Source: Dehalococcoidia bacterium
Lineage (GTDB): Bacteria; Chloroflexota; Dehalococcoidia; UBA2979
DNA: 64,000 nucleotides
Direction of reading: 5' to 3'
Assembly (NCBI GenBank): GCA_964291495.2
Contig: OZ219871.1
Span: 1,536,001-1,600,000 of the forward strand
Positions 38,185 to 47,589 of this stretch are shown here, piece by piece (the first letter of the stretch is position 1; the number at the start of each line of letters is the position of its first letter). The position numbers and the translations under genes are program-made. A model generated the notes under the pieces. That model searched no databases. It was not told where the DNA came from and saw nothing but the letters and a program-made list of their open reading frames with translations.

Positions 38185-38264
38185 CCGCACCCCCGTCGCC
38201 GCCTCCTCGACGCGTGGCGTAGCCTGCGCCCGGCGCGGTGGCCCCGCGCGAGGGGAGGGCGGCC

Positions 38265-39002
38265 ATGGGCAGGCTCGATGGCAAGACGGCGCTGATCAGC
38301 GGCGGTGCGCGCGGGCAGGGCGCCGCCGAGGCGGCGCTCTTCGCCGAGGAAGGCGCGAACGTCGTCCTCACCGACGTGCTTGACGAGGAGGGCGAGCGAA
38401 CGGCCGACATCATCGGCGGCGCCTTCCTCCACCACGACGTGACCAGCGAGGAGGAGTGGGCGGCAGTCGTCGCTCGCGCCGTCGAGCTGCACGGCGGCGT
38501 CGACGTGCTGATCAACAACGCCGGGATCTACGCCGACAGCTCGCTCGTCGGCGGCGACGTCGACGAGTACCGGCGCGTGATCGAGGTCAACCAGGTGGGC
38601 GTCTACCTCGGGATGCGCGAGGTGGCGCCGGTGATGATCGAGCGCGGAGGCGGCTCGATCATCAACATCTCGTCGATCGGCGGGATGCGCGGCGGGGGTG
38701 GCTCGTTCGCCTACACCGCGAGCAAGTGGGCCGTTCGAGGCATGACCAGGTCGGCGGCGGTGCGGCTCGGCCCGCACGGCATCCGCGTCAACTCGATTCA
38801 CCCGGGCCTGATCAACACGCCGATGCTCGCGGACACGCGGATGGCCGACCCGGCCAACATCGAGCAGCTGCTCGGGCAGATCCCGCTGCGGCGGATGGCC
38901 GAGCCCTCGGAGGTCGCGAGGCTCGCGCTGTTCCTCGCCTCTGACGACAGCTCGTACAGCACCGGCTCGGAGTTCCTGATCGACGGCGGCCTGCTGGCCT
39001 GA
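38265..39002 (+). CDS. SDR (3alpha,20beta-HSD-like), tandem copy 1
   Basis: SGGARGQG, NNAG, YTASK, SIHPG, STGSEF. Confidence 0.93.
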   Translation: MGRLDGKTALISGGARGQGAAEAALFAEEGANVVLTDVLDEEGERTADIIGGAFLHHDVTSEEEWAAVVARAVELHGGVDVLINNAGIYADSSLVGGDVDEYRRVIEVNQVGVYLGMREVAPVMIERGGGSIINISSIGGMRGGGGSFAYTASKWAVRGMTRSAAVRLGPHGIRVNSIHPGLINTPMLADTRMADPANIEQLLGQIPLRRMAEPSEVARLALFLASDDSSYSTGSEFLIDGGLLA

Positions 39003-39078
39003 CGCGCCTTCGCGGGCAACTGGACGCCTCGCGTAGCCTGCGCCCGGCGCAGCCGCGCCGGGCGAGAGGGAGGCAGCG

Positions 39079-39810
39079 ATGGGCAGGCTCGAGGGCAAGA
39101 CGGCGCTGATCACCGGCGGTGCGCGCGGGCAGGGCGCCGCCGAGGCGGCACTCTTCGCCGAGGAAGGCGCGAACGTCGTCCTGACCGATGTGCTCGACCA
39201 GGACGGCGAGCGGGTCGCCGACGCGATCGGCGCCGACTACCTCCACCACGACGTGACCAGCGAGGAGGAGTGGGCGGCGGCCGTCGCCCGCGCCGTCGAG
39301 CTGCATGGCGGTCTCGACGTGCTGGTCAACAACGCCGGCATCCTCAGCTCGTCCTCGATCATCGAGTGCGAGCTCGATGAGTTCCGGCGCGTGATCGAGG
39401 TCAACCAGGTGGGCGTCTACCTCGGGATGCGCGAGGTCGCGCCGGCGATGATCGAGCGCGGGGGCGGTTCGATCGTCAACATCTCCTCGGTTGCGGGCAT
39501 GCGTGCCAGCCGGCTGAGCGGGATCGCATACGGGGCAAGCAAGTGGGCGGTCCGAGGGATGACCAAGTCGGCGGCGCTGAGCCTCGCCCGCCACGGCATC
39601 CGCGTGAACTCGATCCACCCGGGCCTGATCGACACGCCGATGATCGCTGACGTCGACCAGGCCAGGCTCGAGCAGCTGGTTGAGCAGATTCCGCTGGGCC
39701 GCCTCGCTCAGCCCGAGGAGGTCGCGAGCCTCGCGCTGTTCCTCGCCTCGGACGAGAGTTCCTACAGCACGGGCTCCGAGTTCCTGATCGACGGCGGCCT
39801 GCTGGCCTGA
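39079..39810 (+). CDS. SDR, tandem copy 2
   Basis: TGGARGQG, NNAG, YGASK. Confidence 0.93.
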   Translation: MGRLEGKTALITGGARGQGAAEAALFAEEGANVVLTDVLDQDGERVADAIGADYLHHDVTSEEEWAAAVARAVELHGGLDVLVNNAGILSSSSIIECELDEFRRVIEVNQVGVYLGMREVAPAMIERGGGSIVNISSVAGMRASRLSGIAYGASKWAVRGMTKSAALSLARHGIRVNSIHPGLIDTPMIADVDQARLEQLVEQIPLGRLAQPEEVASLALFLASDESSYSTGSEFLIDGGLLA

Positions 39811-39884
39811 CGCGCTCTCGCCGCCCGCTGGACTCCTCGCGTAGCCTGCGCCCGGCGCGTAGACGCCGCGCGAGGGAGGCAGCG

Positions 39885-40622
39885 ATGGGCAGGCTCGAGG
39901 GCAAGACGGCGCTGATCACCGGCGGCGCGCGCGGACAGGGCCCCGCGGAGGCCGCCCTGTTCGCCGAGGAGGGTGCGAATGTCGTCCTCACGGACGTACT
40001 CGACGAGGAGGGCGAGCGGACTGCCGACATCATCGGCGGCACGTTCCTGCACCACGACGTGACCAGCGAGGAGCAGTGGGCGGCCGTCGTCGCCCGTACC
40101 GTCGAGCTGTACGGCGGGCTGGACGTGCTGGTCAACAACGCCGCGATCTACAGCCCGTCATCGCTCCTCGAAACCGAGCCGGACGCGTACCGCCGGGTAA
40201 TCGAGGTCAACCAGGTGAGCGTCTACCTCGGGATGCGCGAGGTGGCGCCGGTGATGATCGAGCGCGGGGGCGGCTCGATCATCAACATCTCCTCTGGTGC
40301 GGGCATGCGCGCCGGCTCCAGTGGGTTCGCCTACGGCGCGAGCAAGTGGGCGGTGCGAGGCATGACGAAGTCGGCCGCGGTTCGCCTTGGCCGCCACGGC
40401 GTCCGCGTCAACTCGATCCATCCCGGCTTCGTCGACACGGTGATGCTTGGCCAGACCCGGATCGTCCAGCGGGGCAACCTCGACGCTGCGGTGGAGCGCA
40501 TCCCGTTGGGCCGGGTCGGCCGGCCCGAGGAGGTCGCGAAGCTGGCGCTCTTCCTTGCCTCTGACGACAGCGCCTACAGCACCGGCTCCGAGTTCATCGT
40601 CGACGGAGGCTCGCTGGCCTAA
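39885..40622 (+). CDS. SDR, tandem copy 3
   Basis: TGGARGQG, NNAA, YGASK. Confidence 0.93.
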   Translation: MGRLEGKTALITGGARGQGPAEAALFAEEGANVVLTDVLDEEGERTADIIGGTFLHHDVTSEEQWAAVVARTVELYGGLDVLVNNAAIYSPSSLLETEPDAYRRVIEVNQVSVYLGMREVAPVMIERGGGSIINISSGAGMRAGSSGFAYGASKWAVRGMTKSAAVRLGRHGVRVNSIHPGFVDTVMLGQTRIVQRGNLDAAVERIPLGRVGRPEEVAKLALFLASDDSAYSTGSEFIVDGGSLA

Positions 40623-40652
40623 CGCGAGCGCGCCGCGCGGGAGGAGGCCGCC

Positions 40653-41390
40653 ATGGGCAGGCTCGAGGGCAAGACGGCGCTGATCACCGGCGGCGCGCGC
40701 GGGCAGGGCGCGGCCGAGGCGGCACTCTTCGCCGAGGAAGGTGCGAACGTCGTCCTCACCGACGTGCTCGCCGAAGAGGGCGAGCAGACGGCCGCCGAGG
40801 TTGGCGGCACGTTCCTGCAGCACGACGTCACGAGCGAGGAGGAGTGGGCGGCGGTCGTCTCACGAGCCGTCGAGCTGCACGGCGGCATCGACGTGCTGAT
40901 CAACAACGCCGGCATCTACATCCCGACGCCCCTCGTCGGCGGCGATCTTGGCGACTACCGGCGCGTGATCGAGGTCAACCAGGTCGGCGTCTTCCTCGGG
41001 ATGCGCGAGGTGGCGCCGGTGATGATCGAGCGCGGGGGCGGCTCGATCATCAACATCTCCTCGGTCGGCGGTCTGCGCGGAACCGGCGTCGCGTTCGGCT
41101 ACACCGCGAGCAAGTGGGCGGTGCGCGGCATGACGAAGTCGGCGGCGGTCGCACTGGGCCGTTACGGCATCCGCGTGAACTCGGTCCACCCGGGTCCGAT
41201 CGAGACCGCGATGCTGCACCAGATCCCGGCGATCGAGGCGGGAGGGCTCGACGAGGTGTTGCGGCGCGTCCCGCTGGGCCGGGTCGCGGAGGCCGAAGAG
41301 GTCGCGAAGCTCACGCTCTTCCTCGCCTCGGACGAGAGCTCCTACAGCACCGGCTCCGAGTTCGTGATCGACGGGGGCATGATGGCCTGA
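40653..41390 (+). CDS. SDR, tandem copy 4
   Basis: TGGARGQG, NNAG, YTASK. Confidence 0.93.
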   Translation: MGRLEGKTALITGGARGQGAAEAALFAEEGANVVLTDVLAEEGEQTAAEVGGTFLQHDVTSEEEWAAVVSRAVELHGGIDVLINNAGIYIPTPLVGGDLGDYRRVIEVNQVGVFLGMREVAPVMIERGGGSIINISSVGGLRGTGVAFGYTASKWAVRGMTKSAAVALGRYGIRVNSVHPGPIETAMLHQIPAIEAGGLDEVLRRVPLGRVAEAEEVAKLTLFLASDESSYSTGSEFVIDGGMMA

Positions 41391-41402
41391 CGCTCGCGGA
41401 GG

Positions 41403-41783
41403 TTAGCGCTCATCGGGGAGCTGCAGCAGCTGCAGCGTGTTGCCGTCCGGGTCCGCGAAGGTGGCGACGAGGCCGCCCCACGGCTCGCGCCCGGGCGCCC
41501 GGCTGAAGGCGACGCCCGCCTCGACCAGGCGGGCGTATTCGGCCTCGATGTCCTCGACGGCGAAGTTGATCATCACGCGCAGCGGGTCGGGAGCCGCCCC
41601 GGCGACATCCTGGTGGACCGCGACGGTGAGGCGCAGGCCGCCCCACTCGAAGTCGACGTGGTTCGCGCGGTCGGCGCGCGGGGCGAGGCCGAGCGTCTCC
41701 ACGTAGAAGTCGCGCAGCGCCCGGAAGCGCGCCGCCTCGGTCCAGACGAGGACGCCGTTGACGGGGCCGAGGCCGCTAGCCAT
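41403..41783 (-). CDS. VOC/glyoxalase family protein
   Basis: FYVETLGL, INFAVEDI, PWGG, FADPDGNTLQL. Confidence 0.92.
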   Translation of the reverse strand: MASGLGPVNGVLVWTEAARFRALRDFYVETLGLAPRADRANHVDFEWGGLRLTVAVHQDVAGAAPDPLRVMINFAVEDIEAEYARLVEAGVAFSRAPGREPWGGLVATFADPDGNTLQLLQLPDER

Positions 41784-41848
41784 TCGCTCGCTCCTTCGCC
41801 CGCGATCGTCCGGGCGCGGCCGCGAGGACGCAAGCGCGGCGCCGGAGT

Positions 41849-41958
41849 CCCCCTCACCCTCACCCTCTCCCGCCGGGGGAGAGGGGACCGGACCGGCCTC
41901 GACGGGCTGCGCCGCGTGCGGCGGACTGACCCGCTCCCTCGGGGAGCGGGGGCCGGAC
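41849..41958. repeat. REP-like palindrome pair
   Basis: CCCCTCACCCTCACCCTCTCCCGCCGGGGGAGAGGGG and CCCGCTCCCTCGGGGAGCGGG. Confidence 0.8.
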
Positions 41959-42052
41959 CGGCCAGTCCCGCCGGGGCAGGAGGCGTTGCCGACGGCGCGC
42001 CGGTGCGGCATCGTGACGCCTCGGAGTGCGCGAGCGGGCAAGGAGGAGCGCG

Positions 42053-42895
42053 ATGGGCAAGCTGGACGGGAAAACCGCGATCGTGACCGGCGCAAGCCGC
42101 GGCATCGGCAAGGCCATCGCCGAGCTGTTCGCCGCCGAGGGCGCCAACGTCGCCTGCGTCGCGCGCACCGTGAACGAGGGCGACAGCCGCGCGCCCGGCG
42201 CGCTGACGACCACCCTCGACGGCATCCGCGCCCGCGGCGGCGAGGCGACGATGGTGGTCGCCAACATCGGCGAGGAGGAGGAGTGCCTGCGCCTCGTCGA
42301 GGAGACGCGCGCCGCGTACGGGCCGGTCGACATCCTCGTGAACAACGCGGTTATGAACTTCGCGCATCCGGTCTGGGAGTTCCCGACGAAGCGCTGGATG
42401 ATCGGTTTCGCGGTGAACATCCACGCACCGTTCGTGCTTGCCCGCGAGACGATCCCGGACATGCGCGCCCGGGGCGGCGGGGCGATCGTCAACATCTCCT
42501 CGGGCGTCGCGATCGGGCCCGGCCGCGGGCCCTACGAGCGGTCCGGTTGGGACGGGATGGGCGTGCTCTACGGCTCCACGAAGGCGGCGCTCGAGCGATT
42601 CACGCAGGGCCTCGCGGCGGAGCTCTCGGTGGACAACATCGCCGTGAGCGCGCTCTCGCCCTCGCAGGCGGTGTTCACGGAGGGGGCGCTGCTCTTCAAC
42701 AAGCCCTCGCCGGACCTGCCGAGCGAGCCCGCCTCGACGATGGCGGAGGCGACGCTGCTGCTGGCGACCGAGCCGCCCGAGCGCGTCAACGGCCGCGTCT
42801 GCTACAGCCAGCAGATCCTGCAGGAGTTCGGCTGGATCGAGGAAGGCCACGGCATGGGCGTCGACGCACCCGGCTCGGGCTACTCGCAGCAATAG
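42053..42895 (+). CDS. Short-chain dehydrogenase/reductase
   Basis: TGASRGIG, NNA, NISS, YGSTK. Confidence 0.93.
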   Translation: MGKLDGKTAIVTGASRGIGKAIAELFAAEGANVACVARTVNEGDSRAPGALTTTLDGIRARGGEATMVVANIGEEEECLRLVEETRAAYGPVDILVNNAVMNFAHPVWEFPTKRWMIGFAVNIHAPFVLARETIPDMRARGGGAIVNISSGVAIGPGRGPYERSGWDGMGVLYGSTKAALERFTQGLAAELSVDNIAVSALSPSQAVFTEGALLFNKPSPDLPSEPASTMAEATLLLATEPPERVNGRVCYSQQILQEFGWIEEGHGMGVDAPGSGYSQQ

Positions 42896-42919
42896 TCGGG
42901 TGCGGTCGCCGGCCCGCGG

Positions 42920-43156
42920 CTAGATCGGGAGCTCCTCGGAGTCCTCGCCGCGCGCGAGGTAGACCTCGCGGATCGCGGCGTCGAGGTCGTCCTTGTCGGC
43001 GTAGCGGCGCGGCGCGATCGCGTCGAGGATCGCGAACACCTCGCGGTCGATGCCGCCCACCATGCGCGAGCGGCGCACGATCTCGTCCTTCGAAGCAGGG
43101 AATACCAGCCCGGCAAAGGCGTTGCGGTAGTCCACTCTGCTGGCGTGGATGACCAT
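42920..43156 (-). CDS. Small DUF2795-like protein
   Basis: AGLVFPASKDEIV...LDAIAPRRY pattern; GGAGG RBS. Confidence 0.72.
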   Translation of the reverse strand: MVIHASRVDYRNAFAGLVFPASKDEIVRRSRMVGGIDREVFAILDAIAPRRYADKDDLDAAIREVYLARGEDSEELPI

Positions 43157-43249
43157 CGGCGACCTCCAGACGGAATCTTTGCCGCTCGCGGCGTCTTGGG
43201 CAACCCCGCCGCCGGGATCGGTGACGGACGGGGCTGCTATCGTGCGCCC

Positions 43250-43399
43250 ATGCCGTACCGCAGCGGGCCGATCAGCGCGGGTTGCCGCCACTGCGGGACG
43301 ACGACCTCGCGCGCCTGCATGCGCTGCGCGCACCCCGTCTGCGAGGCCTGCGAGCAGACCCACGACGAGACCTTCCCGCACAAGGACTACACCGGCTGA
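43250..43399 (+). CDS. 49-aa zinc-finger microprotein
   Basis: MPYRSGPISAGCRHCGTTTSRACMRCAHPVCEACEQTH: three CxxC plus His; TATCGT 6 nt upstream of ATG. Confidence 0.75.
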   Translation: MPYRSGPISAGCRHCGTTTSRACMRCAHPVCEACEQTHDETFPHKDYTG

Positions 43400-43431
43400 G
43401 CGCCGGGCAGGGACGAGCACAAGGAGCGGCG

Positions 43432-44292
43432 ATGCGCTACGGAGCGATCTTCCCCCAGACCGAGATCGGGACCGACCCGATCGCGATCCGCGACTACGCG
43501 CAGGCGGTCGAAGGCCTCGGCTATGACTACCTGCTCGCCTACGACCACGTGCTCGGCGCGGACCCCGAGGGGCGCGAGGGCCGCTGGCCCTACACCTACC
43601 TGAGCACCTTCCACGAGCCGTTCGCGCTCTTCTCCTACCTCGCCGGCCTGACCGAGCGCATCGAGTTCATCAGCGGCGTGATCATCCTGCCGCAGCGCCA
43701 GACCGCGCTCGTTGCGAAACAGGCGGCGGTGGTGGACATCCTCAGCGGCGGCCGGCTGATCCTCGGCGTCGGCAGCGGCTGGAACTACCTCGAGTACGAG
43801 TCGCTGGGCGAGGATTTCCACACGCGCGGACGACGCCTCGAGGAGCAGGTGGGGCTGCTGCGGCGGCTCTGGTCGGAGCCGCTCGTGGAGTTCGAGGGCG
43901 AGTTCGACCGCGTGCCGGCCGCGGGCATCAACCCGCGCCCCGGCCGCCTGATCCCGATCTGGATGGGCGGCACCGCACCCGTCGTGCTCGACCGCATCGG
44001 GCGCATCGGCGACGGCTGGGTCGCCGGGCGCGGCGACATCGACCAGGTCGCGAGCAGCGTCGAGGCGATCCGCGAGGCGGCGGAGCGGGCGGGTCGCGAC
44101 CCCTCGGAGATCGGTATCGGCGCGTCCATCTCGTACCACCGCACACCCGGGGAGCAGGTCGCCTTCGCCGCCCGGCTGGAGGCGGCCGGAGCGGACCGCC
44201 TGCACGTGCTGACGATGGACATCGGCCTCGAGACCCCGGGCGATCACATCGACGCGCTGCGCGCCTTCATCGAGGCCGCCCGCGGCTCGTGA
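43432..44292 (+). CDS. LLM-class F420-dependent oxidoreductase
   Basis: FPQTEIG, AYDHVLGA, FHEPF, ILPQRQTALVAKQAA, GWNYLEY. Confidence 0.92.
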   Translation: MRYGAIFPQTEIGTDPIAIRDYAQAVEGLGYDYLLAYDHVLGADPEGREGRWPYTYLSTFHEPFALFSYLAGLTERIEFISGVIILPQRQTALVAKQAAVVDILSGGRLILGVGSGWNYLEYESLGEDFHTRGRRLEEQVGLLRRLWSEPLVEFEGEFDRVPAAGINPRPGRLIPIWMGGTAPVVLDRIGRIGDGWVAGRGDIDQVASSVEAIREAAERAGRDPSEIGIGASISYHRTPGEQVAFAARLEAAGADRLHVLTMDIGLETPGDHIDALRAFIEAARGS

Positions 44293-44315
44293 GCGGAAAC
44301 GCCGAGCCGTCCGGG

Positions 44316-44762
44316 CTAGCCCTCGCCCATCATCTGAGCCATGCGCTCCGCCATCTGCTCGGGCGTGACGTCCTCGACGTGCGTGGCGATCGACCAGGCG
44401 TTGCCGCCCGGATCGAGGACGCGACCGATGCGCTCGCCGTAGAACTGGTCCTCGGGCTCGGCCACGGCAGTGGCGCCCGCGCTCACGGCCTGGGCGTAGA
44501 CGCCGTCGACGTCCTCGACGTAGAGGTGGATCTGCGCCTGGGTGGGCGGGAACTCGGGGGGCATCGCGGAGCCGAGCATCACCGCGGCGCCGCCGATCTC
44601 GACCTCGGCGTGGGCGACGGAGCCGTCAGGCATGGGCATGCGCATACGCTCGACTGCGCCGAAGGCGTTGGTCAGGAATTCGATCAGGCCCGAGGCGTCC
44701 TCGGCCACGAGGTAGGGCGTGATCGCGGTGTAACCGTCCGGGATGGGCTGAACGTCTGGCAT
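44316..44762 (-). CDS. VOC/PhnB family protein
   Basis: IPDGYTAITPYL, AFGA, HAEVEIG, QFYGER, DPGGN. Confidence 0.93.
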   Translation of the reverse strand: MPDVQPIPDGYTAITPYLVAEDASGLIEFLTNAFGAVERMRMPMPDGSVAHAEVEIGGAAVMLGSAMPPEFPPTQAQIHLYVEDVDGVYAQAVSAGATAVAEPEDQFYGERIGRVLDPGGNAWSIATHVEDVTPEQMAERMAQMMGEG

Positions 44763-44893
44763 GATTCCTCCTTGCTAGATCGGGCAGGATAGTAGCACAT
44801 GTGGTCTAACGAGCAACGTAGTCCGGTGCGCCAACCATGCGGCCGGCTTGCGGTAGTCTCGAGTCGCGAATCCGGGACGGGAGGGAGCGGCCG

Positions 44894-45385
44894 ATGACGT
44901 CCGGCGACGACCCCGGCGCGCGCGCCCTCGCGGTGCTCGCCGCCCTCGGCGAGCCGTACGAGTTGATCGAAGTGGATCCGGAGCTGGCGGACACGGCGGC
45001 GTTCTGCGAGCACTACGGCTACCCGCCGGAGACCTCGGGCAACACGATCATCGTCGTCTCCCGGCGCGGCGAGCTGCGCTACTGCGCCTGCCTCGTGCTC
45101 GCGACGACGCGGCTTGACGTGAATCACGCGGTGCGCCCGCTGCTGGGCGTGCGCAAGGCCTCGTTCGCCTCGCCCGAGCAGACGCGCGAGCTGACCGGGA
45201 TGCTGATCGGCGGCGTCACCCCGTTCGGCCTGCCCGACGACCTGCCGCTCTACATCGACGAGCGTGTGATGGACCTGGACGAGGTGATCGTGGGCGGCGG
45301 CGGCCGCTCGACGAAGCTCTCCGTCGCGCCCTCGGCGCTGCTGCGCCTTCCGAACGTGGAGGTCGTGTCCGGCCTCGCGCTGTAG
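44894..45385 (+). CDS. YbaK/EbsC aminoacyl-tRNA editing-like protein
   Basis: ADTAAFCEHYG, KASFA, TGMLIGGVTPFG, GGGGRSTK. Confidence 0.9.
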   Translation: MTSGDDPGARALAVLAALGEPYELIEVDPELADTAAFCEHYGYPPETSGNTIIVVSRRGELRYCACLVLATTRLDVNHAVRPLLGVRKASFASPEQTRELTGMLIGGVTPFGLPDDLPLYIDERVMDLDEVIVGGGGRSTKLSVAPSALLRLPNVEVVSGLAL

Positions 45386-45398
45386 CGAGCCTCCGAAT

Positions 45399-45553
45399 CC
45401 CCTCTCCCCTGGCGGGAGAGGGTTAGGGTGAGGGGGATTCCGGGCACCCTCGATACTGTCGTCGCCCCTCGCAAGTCCCGATTGGCCGCCGGCGCGGCCC
45501 CCCCTCACTCCCGCCCTCCGGTCCCCTCGCCCGCGGAGGGGAAAGGGGACCGG
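45399..45553. repeat. Inverted pair of REP-like palindromes between convergent genes
   Basis: CCCCTCTCCCCTGGCGGGAGAGGGTTAGGGTGAGGGG and CCCCTCACTCCCGCCCTCC...GGGGAAAGGGGACCGG. Confidence 0.82.
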
Positions 45554-45633
45554 ATCCACCCCCGGCGCCACTGAGGTCGAGTCGGTGGGTTAGCCGCGCG
45601 GGACGTATACAGCGAGCGGGGTCGGGAGAGCGC

Positions 45634-46089
45634 CTAGTTGCGGCGGTCGCGGAAGGGGTCCGTTTCCGCCGAGCGCGAGACGAGGAAGCGCGCGATCGCG
45701 CTGGCGTGGTGGTGCGCGATGCGCCACTCGCCGCCCTCGAGGACGAAGACGTTGGTCGCCTCGATCGGTGCGCCCTGCACGATCTCGCGGCAGAGCACGA
45801 TCGCCGTGTCGCCCAGACGGTGCGCGACGGCGTCCCGCACCTCGATGCTCGGCGCGTCCGGGTTGGTGAGGATGCCTTCCCAGCTCTTCAGCACGTCCTC
45901 GCGCCCGGTCAGGACCGTCCAGGCGGGGTGTGTGCAGGCGACGGGCGCCTCACGCGCCCAGATCCGGCCCATCGCCTCCAGATCGCGCTCGGCGAAGGCG
46001 CGGTAGAAGGCCGCGTTCGCCTCGAGGACGGCGTCATCGCCGCTGTCCTGCTCGCCCTCCGCGCCGCGCCGGGCGGGCTCGTCGGTCAT
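45634..46089 (-). CDS. SnoaL-like/NTF2 protein
   Basis: ANAAFYRAF, CTHP, GREDVLKSW, ATNVF, WRIAHHHAS. Confidence 0.92.
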   Translation of the reverse strand: MTDEPARRGAEGEQDSGDDAVLEANAAFYRAFAERDLEAMGRIWAREAPVACTHPAWTVLTGREDVLKSWEGILTNPDAPSIEVRDAVAHRLGDTAIVLCREIVQGAPIEATNVFVLEGGEWRIAHHHASAIARFLVSRSAETDPFRDRRN

Positions 46090-46664
46090 GGCGTCGCAAT
46101 CTTGGCGACCGAGTCTCCGGCGCGAATCGCGCCCGACTGCACGACGCGGGTGTTGACGCCGCGGAGGCGCATCGCCATCGCCTCGGCTGTGCTGACGAAG
46201 CGCAGCGCGTCATGGCCGAAGCGCGAGGCGAACTTGAGGCAGCCGGTGTGGGGCTTCTCGGTGACCTCGATCACCGCCGATCCGATGGAGAGCCGGGTCC
46301 CGGGAGGCAGGTTCTCCGCGCTCACGTCGAGGTCGATCACGAGCTGGTCGCCCGCGAGCGGCCAGCGCTCCCGCGACCGCGCCACGAGGTCGAGCATGCG
46401 CGAGTTGATGATCGTTACCTGCGCGAGGGGATGCGGTCCGCCGTCGGCGCTGCTGCTGCTCGGGCGGTCCTGCCAGCTGTCCCCGACGACGCCGACCGCA
46501 ACGTCGAGGCGGGCTTCCTCCACGACCTCGCGCTCGTCGATGCCGGGCCGCCGCACGATCATCATCAGCGCGCCGCCGTCCGCCGGTGAGCGGCGGATCT
46601 CCTCGAGTCCGGCCTCGAGGCGCTCGAGGTCGAGGTGCTCGGCTACGTCCGTCGAATCAACCAT
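46086..46664 (-). CDS. MOSC domain protein
   Basis: SPADGG, LAGDQL, NLPPGTRL, PHTGCLKF, RLRGVN. Confidence 0.92.
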   Translation of the reverse strand: MVDSTDVAEHLDLERLEAGLEEIRRSPADGGALMMIVRRPGIDEREVVEEARLDVAVGVVGDSWQDRPSSSSADGGPHPLAQVTIINSRMLDLVARSRERWPLAGDQLVIDLDVSAENLPPGTRLSIGSAVIEVTEKPHTGCLKFASRFGHDALRFVSTAEAMAMRLRGVNTRVVQSGAIRAGDSVAKIATP

Positions 46665-46757
46665 CTGCTCGCCCGCCCCGCGTGCGGCCTGCGCCGACGC
46701 TTGCCCGCTGGCCGCCCCGACAGGGTACCCTGCGCGCGCGAGCGAGGAGCTGCGGCA

Positions 46758-47507
46758 ATGCCGGACCTGCTGTACGAGAAGCGCGACGACTACGCGATCT
46801 TCACCTACAACCGCCCCGAGCGGCTTAACGCCCTCGGCGGTCAGCTGATCAACCAGCTGACCGAGGCGATCGAGGACTTCACCGAAGACCCGAAGATGCG
46901 CGTCGGGATCGTCACCGGTTCCGGGCGCGCGTTCTGCGCCGGCGGCGACCTCAAGGAGATGGCCGAGGGGACCTTCAAGGGGCAGTTCGAGGCGACCTAC
47001 CCGTACTCGGGGAACTCGAAGCCGTTCATCGCGGCGATCAACGGGCTCGCCGTCGGCGGTGGGCTGGAGACCGCGCTCGATTGCGACATCCGGATCTGCT
47101 CGACGGCCGCCTACTTCGGCCTGTTCGAGCCGAAGCGCGGGATCATGGCCGGCTACGCCACGAAGCACCTCGCGAGGGTGATCGGGCTCTCCGCCGCCAA
47201 CTACATTCTGCTCACTGCCGACCGCATCGAGCCGCAGCAGGCGCTCGAGTGGGGCATCGTGACCGAGGTGCTGGAGCCGGAGGCGCTGATGCCTCGCGCG
47301 ATCGAGATCGCGGAGATGATCGTCGAGAACGCCCCGCTCTCGGTGGAAGGCACGAAGGCGCAGATCCAGGAATGGCGCCTCGCCAAGATCGACGAGTCGC
47401 TGCGGCTCGGTCAGTGGGTAAGCAAGGTCGTGCACGCCTCGGAGGACTCGAAGGAGGGCCCGAAGGCCTTCGCCGAGAAGCGCGACCCCGTCTGGAGAGG
47501 CGGGTAG
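46758..47507 (+). CDS. Enoyl-CoA hydratase/crotonase family
   Basis: NRPERLNA, FCAGGDLKE, AINGLAVGGGLE, FGLFE. Confidence 0.94.
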   Translation: MPDLLYEKRDDYAIFTYNRPERLNALGGQLINQLTEAIEDFTEDPKMRVGIVTGSGRAFCAGGDLKEMAEGTFKGQFEATYPYSGNSKPFIAAINGLAVGGGLETALDCDIRICSTAAYFGLFEPKRGIMAGYATKHLARVIGLSAANYILLTADRIEPQQALEWGIVTEVLEPEALMPRAIEIAEMIVENAPLSVEGTKAQIQEWRLAKIDESLRLGQWVSKVVHASEDSKEGPKAFAEKRDPVWRGG

Positions 47508-47589
47508 CGCCTACCCCTCCGGCCTCTCTCCCGAATCCGTCGAGGGCGCGGGCGCCACGCGTCCCCTCCGGCCCCCTCCAAGTCTGTCG

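Noticed and set aside
38265-41390. Tandem SDR, LLM and SnoaL copies as assembly duplications or a diversity-generating retroelement
   Set aside because: Copies differ by many synonymous and non-synonymous changes; no reverse transcriptase and no adenine-specific TR/VR pair was seen.
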